Shown piece after piece: positions 7,666 through 13,277 of a stretch of DNA of 16,072 nt. The stretch covers positions 1 to 16,072 of the forward strand of contig JBGGMJ010000170.1 of NCBI GenBank assembly GCA_041288095.1, given 5' to 3'. This stretch comes from Myxococcota bacterium (lineage in GTDB: Bacteria; Myxococcota; XYA12-FULL-58-9; JALHOP01). A program made the translations under genes and the position numbers. Each line of letters opens with the position of its first letter. The first letter of the stretch is position 1. The notes under the pieces were generated by a model. It was not told where the DNA came from, ran no database searches, and saw only the letters and a list, made by a program, of their open reading frames with translations.

Positions 7666-7783
7666 CGCCTGAACGAGTCGGTCGCCACACGCAAGGGGCA
7701 CCGCTGGGAAGAGCAAGCAGGGAGAAAGCGCAGCACGCGCGCGCTCGTCGCGACACGACGAGTCACTGGGAGGCTTTTTGATC

Positions 7784-8317
7784 ATGCGCAGGTTCGGTCA
7801 CCTGCACGGGCTCACGATTGTGGCGCTGGTCGGCGTCGCGTCGTCCGCCTCTGCCCAGCGCCGCGAAGGTAACGCCGAGACGGCGACCGCCGCGGTCACG
7901 CTGCCGAGCTCGCAGCCCGGTGCCGTGCAGCTCGGAAGCCTCGGGACCAACGCCTTACCGCCCGGCGGTGAGCCGACGACCGAGCTGGGAGTCGTCGAGC
8001 AGGCCTTGCCGCGACTCGAGGCGTCCGTGATCGCGCAGTGCGCGGACCGAGCCCACAAGAACAAGTGGGGCACCGACAACGCGCGCTTCGAGAAGTGCGT
8101 CTGTCCCCAGGTCGCCAAGTGGCACCTTCCCAAAGTGAGCCAAGATCTGCGGGTTCAGCGCGCGCTTGCCAAGGGCAAGAACGGCTACTCCTTTACAGCG
8201 GACACTAGCGGTCGCTCTCAAGGCTGCCGCGTCTGGGCCGGCCCTGCCGCGCCGACCGACGACACCGTGCAATGGCGTGGAGCCGCCGCGCAAAAGCCGG
8301 AGAAGAAAGCTCAGTGA
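7784..8317 (+). CDS. Secreted hypothetical protein (177 aa) with weak resemblance to the AgmX/PglI C-terminal (TonB_C-like) domain
   Basis: GGGAGG at 7768-7773, ATG 7784, Sec signal MRRFGHLHGLTIVALVGVASSASA-Q. The segment IAQCADRA...DNARFEKCVCPQVAKWHLP recalls AgmX/PglI-type helices. The stop overlaps the next start (GTGA). Confidence 0.72.
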   Translation: MRRFGHLHGLTIVALVGVASSASAQRREGNAETATAAVTLPSSQPGAVQLGSLGTNALPPGGEPTTELGVVEQALPRLEASVIAQCADRAHKNKWGTDNARFEKCVCPQVAKWHLPKVSQDLRVQRALAKGKNGYSFTADTSGRSQGCRVWAGPAAPTDDTVQWRGAAAQKPEKKAQ

Positions 8318-9660
8318 GACCCAAGACGAGCCAACGTTCCGCCTCCTCCGTGGCACCGCGTGATGCGTCCTCGAGCGATGTCGTTCTGCGCACCCGCCTC
8401 GCCAACGGCCTCACCGTCATCCTCTGCCCGCGCGCGCACCTCTCGCAAACGTACACCTCGCTGTTCTTCGGGGTCGGCTCGCGCCACGAGACCCCGCGCA
8501 CCAACGGCATCTCGCACATGCTCGAGCACATGTTGTTCCGCGGCACCGCGAGCTATGCCGACGCTACGGCGCTCAACGCCGCCGCCGAGGGCTTCGGTGG
8601 CTTCCTCGAGGGCGCGACGTATCGCGATCACATGATCTTCGCGACGGTTAGCCACCCGAGCTCCGTCGGCGACAGTGTTCGCATCCTCGGCGAGCTGGCG
8701 CAGACGCCACGCTATCGTGCCACGGAGGTCGAGCGCGGCATCCTGCGCGAGGAGATCCTCGAGACCCTGGACGCCGACGGCCGCGTCGTCGACCTCGACA
8801 ACATCTCGCACGCGGCGGTCTTCGGAAAACACGGGCTCTCGTTGCCCATCGAAGGCACGCTCGCGAACCTCGAGCGCTTCGGCCGAAGGGATCTGGAGTT
8901 GCACCGCTCGCGTCACCTCGTCGGCCGTAACGCCGTCGTCGCGGTCGCCGGTCCGTTCAACGTCGACGCGGTCCAGCGCGAGGTCGAACGCAGCTTCGGT
9001 GGCATGCCGCCGGGAGATGCCACGAACGACGACGCGCCGCCGGTCGTCGACGCGCCGGAGCCGGCGCTGCGCTACGTGCGCGACACCGCGAGCCAGGTCG
9101 ATATCCGTCTGTCTTTCCGCGCTCCGCCGGTCCAAGACCCAGAGTACCCGGCGCTCATCATGCTGGCGCGCGTTTTAGCGGACGGTCTCGCCTCGCGCAT
9201 GCACGCCGAGCTCGTCGACCGTAAAGGTCTCGCGTACGTGCTGCACGCGGGCCTCACGACCTATACCGACTGCGGCCTCTTCGAGTTCGATGTCGCCGTG
9301 GCCCCCGACCGCGCCGCCGAGACCGTATCGACCATCCTCAAGTTCACCGAGTCGGCCGGTCGTCTGCGCTACCGCCCCGAGGAGCTCGACCGCGCCCGCC
9401 GCCGCTATCGCTACGGCATGGAGTTCATGCGCGACTCCGCCGTGGAGCTCGCCAGCTGGCACGGCCGCGCCGCGCTCTTCGGCATCGAAGACGCGATGCA
9501 ACGCTTGGGCGGACAGATCGAAGCAGTAAACGACGACCAGATCCGCGCCGCGGCCCGTCGTATCTTCCAGCGCCCCGGCATGGTGCTGACCGCGGTCGGC
9601 GAGCTGGCGCGCGGTGAGTGGGCCCGCGTCAAGGACGCCGTCGACCGTTTCCGCCGCTAG
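8314..9660 (+). CDS. M16 family (pitrilysin/insulinase-like) zinc metallopeptidase (448 aa)
   Basis: LANGLTV, GSRHE...GISHMLEHMLFRGT (HxxEH), distal ERGILREE zinc ligand region, C-terminal SRMHAELVDRKGLAY. GTG 8314 overlaps the upstream TGA. No signal peptide is apparent. Confidence 0.93.
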   Translation: MRPKTSQRSASSVAPRDASSSDVVLRTRLANGLTVILCPRAHLSQTYTSLFFGVGSRHETPRTNGISHMLEHMLFRGTASYADATALNAAAEGFGGFLEGATYRDHMIFATVSHPSSVGDSVRILGELAQTPRYRATEVERGILREEILETLDADGRVVDLDNISHAAVFGKHGLSLPIEGTLANLERFGRRDLELHRSRHLVGRNAVVAVAGPFNVDAVQREVERSFGGMPPGDATNDDAPPVVDAPEPALRYVRDTASQVDIRLSFRAPPVQDPEYPALIMLARVLADGLASRMHAELVDRKGLAYVLHAGLTTYTDCGLFEFDVAVAPDRAAETVSTILKFTESAGRLRYRPEELDRARRRYRYGMEFMRDSAVELASWHGRAALFGIEDAMQRLGGQIEAVNDDQIRAAARRIFQRPGMVLTAVGELARGEWARVKDAVDRFRR

Positions 9661-9734
9661 GTCTCGGGCCGGGCCACATTCTGACAACATTGGCATCGTG
9701 GCGCCGATAACAGGACACGACCAATGATTGGGCG

Positions 9735-10421
9735 ATGCTTTTGCCCGTGGAACGTGTTTCGCCCATGAACCTCCACCCAGCACCCCTTGCGTCCGATGCA
9801 GCTCAGCACGCCCTGTGGGCTGCTCGGGGCCCAAGCGCCTTCGCTCAGGTTCTCGACGCCGATCTGAAGTTTCTAGCCGGCCGCCTCTGGCAACTGGACA
9901 GCAGCTGGAAGCTCACATCCAAGCTCGGAGACGGCCAGTCGTTGTGGCGGCTCGAAAGCTCGAAGGCCAGCGTTCTCCTGACCTTCGAAGGCGGCGTTCT
10001 CTCCTACCCCAGCGGGGGCGGGCGTTTCGCCAGCATTGCCGTGACGAAGCCGAGCGACATCCTGGTGACGGATTTCCTCTTTTGTCTCGGGCAGGAGCTG
10101 CAGCCCAACTTGCGGCCGTGGCGGTTTCCGACCCTGCAGTCGGCGTCCGAACCAGCCAACCCTGATGTCCTCCAGTTCATCATGCCCAAGGTCTACGACA
10201 GCGAGCTTGGCAACGTGATCCGCCGCCTCGACAGGGCGATCGGTGCGGCCGGCGGTGGCGTCACGCGCCGTCTCGGCCACGAAAACATCCAGACATACGG
10301 ATGGTGGGGATACTCCGACCTTCGGGTGACCCTGAGCGGTCCAACCGCGGGTGTGGAGCTTGTCCGGGACGCCATGCTCGCGAGCACGGGTCAGCCGTCG
10401 TCGCCAGGGCGGTACTGGTAG
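9735..10421 (+). CDS. Hypothetical protein (228 aa; alternative start 9765)
   Basis: The only ORF filling the 9661-10390 gap with globular, non-low-complexity composition. No family recognised. The 3' end overlaps the convergent opg gene by 31 nt. Confidence 0.62.
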   Translation: MLLPVERVSPMNLHPAPLASDAAQHALWAARGPSAFAQVLDADLKFLAGRLWQLDSSWKLTSKLGDGQSLWRLESSKASVLLTFEGGVLSYPSGGGRFASIAVTKPSDILVTDFLFCLGQELQPNLRPWRFPTLQSASEPANPDVLQFIMPKVYDSELGNVIRRLDRAIGAAGGGVTRRLGHENIQTYGWWGYSDLRVTLSGPTAGVELVRDAMLASTGQPSSPGRYW

Positions 10422-11896
10422 AGCCAGGTCTCACTCAAGACCTGCGTCCCGCTCTTCAGGAACATCCGAATATCGACCGGCGCATCGCCCGGCTCGCGGA
10501 GATCGAACTGCGCCCGCCAGCGTTTCCCGTCGCCGACCCGCGTCACCTGTGGGCGCTCGACCGTGCCGCGCGCCACCGTCACCACCGGTACGACGGTCGC
10601 ATCCGCCGGGAGCTTCTCGAGCAGGCCACCCTCGAGCTCGACCGCGAAGCGGCGCACATTCGGCGCCGGAGGGCTGCCGCCCCAGCCAACGCGTGTCGAA
10701 CGCACCTCGGCGACTGGGGGGCGTCGCGGTTGCTGCGCCGTCCAGTGCAGCTTGTACGCTAAAGCGAACGACGCCCCCGCCTTGACTGGCGCCGCCGGCA
10801 CCCAGAACGCGACGGTGTTGTCGTTGACGTCCTCCGCGGTGGCGAGCTCGAGCAGCATCACCTTGCCTTTGCCGAAGGGTTTCGTCGGCTCGACCCAGAG
10901 ATTCGGCCGCCGTTCGTAGTGGAAGATCTCGTCGAGGTAGTGCTCGGGGTCGCGGTCGCGCTGCAGCAAGCCGAAGCCGCGCACGTCGTCGGCGTCGAAG
11001 GTGCTCGTCACCGTGAGCTTGGGATTCTGCAGTGGCCGTGCAATCTGCTCGCCGCCGGCGGTCTGGATGACCAGCACGTCGCTGTCGTGGACCTCGGGAT
11101 GCCAGTCGGTGATGTAGCGACGGTCGCGCTCGCCGTACCAGTACATCGACGTGAGCGGCGCGAGCCCCAAGCGGCGCACGTCCTTGCGCGCGAAGTAGTT
11201 GGCCTGCACGTCCATGATAGCGTCGCCCGCCACGTGGACGTCGAAGCGGACAACGCCAGCGACCGACGGCCCGTCGACATACGCGGTGATGCGCAGGTCG
11301 GCGCCTCGCTGCTCGAACCAGACGTCGGTGTAGCGCGGGTGCTCTTCGTCCTTGAAGCCGCTGTCGATGGCGATGGCGCGCGCCGAGATCCCGTATTGAT
11401 CGAAGGGCGTCGCGGCGCGGAAGTACGACGCGCCGAGATAGGCGAGCCAATCCGTCTCGGCGTTGTGGGGGTTCATGACGCGGAAGCCGGCGAAGCCGAG
11501 ATCTTCCGGCAACGTCTTGGCGAGCCTGCTGGCGCCGTAGTCGTACATGGCGGTGTCGTAGAGCACCTCGCGCGCCTGTCCGCTTTCGACGACGTACATC
11601 CGCACTTTCTCGCGGAAGTAGGTGTTGCGGTGGAAGAACTCGATCTTGGGCGCGCCGGCGACGTCGACCCAGAGTGCTTTGTCGTGATCGAAATAAATGC
11701 GATTCGCGACCTCACCCGTGATCGTCGCGAGCACTTCGGCGTGCGGATCGGCCGCCTTCACGTACGGCTTCTTCGCCGCGGCGCGCGCCTTCTCGATCAC
11801 CGCCGCGTAGTCGAAGGGCTGCTTCGGACCCAGGCGCGCGGCCGAGGCAGGGGCTGCGACGAGAGCGAGAAGGACAGCAACTACCGAAGACTTCAC
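10391..11896 (-). CDS. Periplasmic glucan biosynthesis protein, OpgG/OpgD (MdoG/MdoD) family
   Basis: Signal MKSSVVAVLLALVAAPASA. Family motifs LGFAGFR, YLGASYFRA, QYGISARAIAID, GLAPLTSMYW, PEVHDSD, GFGLLQRDR, YERRPNLWVEP, DNTVAFW, LSETWLYQ. I cannot distinguish G from D, so no symbol is given. Confidence 0.95.
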   Translation of the reverse strand: MKSSVVAVLLALVAAPASAARLGPKQPFDYAAVIEKARAAAKKPYVKAADPHAEVLATITGEVANRIYFDHDKALWVDVAGAPKIEFFHRNTYFREKVRMYVVESGQAREVLYDTAMYDYGASRLAKTLPEDLGFAGFRVMNPHNAETDWLAYLGASYFRAATPFDQYGISARAIAIDSGFKDEEHPRYTDVWFEQRGADLRITAYVDGPSVAGVVRFDVHVAGDAIMDVQANYFARKDVRRLGLAPLTSMYWYGERDRRYITDWHPEVHDSDVLVIQTAGGEQIARPLQNPKLTVTSTFDADDVRGFGLLQRDRDPEHYLDEIFHYERRPNLWVEPTKPFGKGKVMLLELATAEDVNDNTVAFWVPAAPVKAGASFALAYKLHWTAQQPRRPPVAEVRSTRVGWGGSPPAPNVRRFAVELEGGLLEKLPADATVVPVVTVARGTVERPQVTRVGDGKRWRAQFDLREPGDAPVDIRMFLKSGTQVLSETWLYQYRPGDDG

Positions 11897-11919
11897 GCCG
11901 GCAGATTGGAAGTCTTCGG
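11884..11919 (-). promoter_or_regulatory. Perfect 11-bp inverted repeat covering the opg start codon
   Basis: CCGAAGACTTC (11884-11894) and GAAGTCTTCGG (11909-11919) are exact reverse complements separated by 14 nt. The GTG start is 11896-11894. Confidence 0.55.
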
Positions 11920-11944
11920 ACCCGAATGCAAAGAGAAATGCGTT

Positions 11945-11993
11945 AAGAAAAGAGAATGCGCGGCGGGACCTCGGTCAAAAGCCCGCCGCGCAT
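11945..11993 (-). terminator. Rho-independent terminator downstream of the Cys-rich lipoprotein gene
   Basis: 12-bp perfect GC-rich stem ATGCGCGGCGGG (11956-11967) / CCCGCCGCGCAT (11982-11993), followed on the minus strand by TCTCTTTTCTT; it begins about 20 nt after the stop at 12013. Confidence 0.8.
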
Positions 11994-12012
11994 CGCCGCC
12001 CCCAAAAAATCG

Positions 12013-12744
12013 CTAATCGATGACGACGTTCGGGGAGCAGATTCCGCGACACACCGTCGTGCAAGCCGCTCCCTCGGGCGCGTTGCACGGCAAGCACTCA
12101 CCGTCGTCGACGGTGCAGTGCCAGTACTTCGGACATTCGGAGCTCGAGTTGCACGTTTGCGGAATGCAGGTGCCGCAGCAATCGCCGGGCGCGATGACGG
12201 TCTCGGTGCCGGGAGGGCACGCCATGAACGCGGCGCACAGCACGTTGTCGCAGCTCACCGGCGGGCAGGTGTAACCGCAGCAGTCGTTCGGATCGCGTCG
12301 CGGCTCCTGACCGTCCGGGCAGACCGGATAGATCGCCGGGCACATCACATCGGCGCACGTGTCTTCGTCAGGAGGATTGCAGCTCGAGTAGATGACGTCG
12401 CCGTTGATGTAAGCGCACACCACGCAGTCGGGCTCGGGCAGCTTGATGATCTGGCAAGCCACCGAGGTGTCGCCGCAACGCTCCGTGCTGCCGTCGTCGT
12501 TCTCGCAGGTCTCGCAGCTCTTGCCGCTGGCGGTGTCGATGGTGATCGTCAGCGTCTTGCAGCCGCCCGGATTGGGATAGCTCTCGCAGTAGCCACTGGC
12601 ATCGCAGTAGGCGAGGTCGTCACCCGCGCGCTCCGCGGTGAGGCGCAGAGTCTCGGTTCCGCCGCCGTCATCGGGCGGCGCGTCGTCTCCACAGGCGATG
12701 AGACAACAACACAGCAGCGCGGTCGCTAAGAGATGTTTGGTCAT
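12013..12744 (-). CDS. Cysteine-rich lipoprotein (243 aa)
   Basis: GGAGG then ATG 12744; signal MTKHLLATALLCCCLIA-C (lipobox LIAC); 30 Cys after the lipidated Cys; two internal 6-Cys repeats; own terminator. Confidence 0.87.
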   Translation of the reverse strand: MTKHLLATALLCCCLIACGDDAPPDDGGGTETLRLTAERAGDDLAYCDASGYCESYPNPGGCKTLTITIDTASGKSCETCENDDGSTERCGDTSVACQIIKLPEPDCVVCAYINGDVIYSSCNPPDEDTCADVMCPAIYPVCPDGQEPRRDPNDCCGYTCPPVSCDNVLCAAFMACPPGTETVIAPGDCCGTCIPQTCNSSSECPKYWHCTVDDGECLPCNAPEGAACTTVCRGICSPNVVID

Positions 12745-12878
12745 GATATTCCTCCGGGCCCGGGGTTTAAGGTGCAAGACCTGTGCACAGGGTAGGCCAA
12801 AGACATACATCGACTTTTCAGGGGGTTACGCCGTCGCTCGTCTCCTCCGGGAAGCGGTCTGTCAACTTCGGTTTACAC

Positions 12879-13274
12879 GTGTGTGCGATCGTTGTCGGCC
12901 TCCTCGTTGGCTGTGGGGACCCAGAAAACGCCCCGCCGCTGGCCAGCGCGACGTGCGGCGCCGGGACCAACTGCTTGGTCTTGCCGAATGGTGACGCGAC
13001 GCTCGACGCGCGCGGCAGTAGTGATGTCGATGGCGATGCGCTGGCTTTTCGTTGGTACCCGGTCGACAGCGCGAGCCTCTGCGTGAACCCAACCGATTGC
13101 CCGTGCGGCTGGACGAACCAAGAGTTCACCGGCTTCATTCGCGACACCGGCTCCGCGATGACGACCTTTCGCGCGTCGTCGACGGTCGGTGCGCAGCTCA
13201 TCTTTCAGGTCGAAGTGAGCGACACCGAGCACGTCGCGAAAGACTGCTCGATCTACTTCGTGGCGGAGTTCTGA
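12879..13274 (+). CDS. Small lipoprotein with a PKD/Ig-like domain (start uncertain; alternative GTG 12783)
   Basis: Lipobox LLVG-C followed by NAPPLA...ATLDARGSSDVDGDALAFRW...TFRA...LIFQVEVSD, the typical PKD/K319L-like pattern (LDAsgSsDpDGd.l.y.W...f.l.VsD). Confidence 0.75.
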   Translation: MCAIVVGLLVGCGDPENAPPLASATCGAGTNCLVLPNGDATLDARGSSDVDGDALAFRWYPVDSASLCVNPTDCPCGWTNQEFTGFIRDTGSAMTTFRASSTVGAQLIFQVEVSDTEHVAKDCSIYFVAEF

Positions 13275-13277
13275 GCC

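Noticed and set aside
7670..7770. c-di-GMP riboswitch, T-box or tRNA downstream of tyrS
   Set aside because: Only superficial similarity; no GNRA/receptor architecture, T-box motif or cloverleaf could be built by eye.
9690..9706. Sigma54 promoter at TTGGCATCGTGGCGC
   Set aside because: The GG-to-GC spacing is not the required 10 nt and there is no TTGC.
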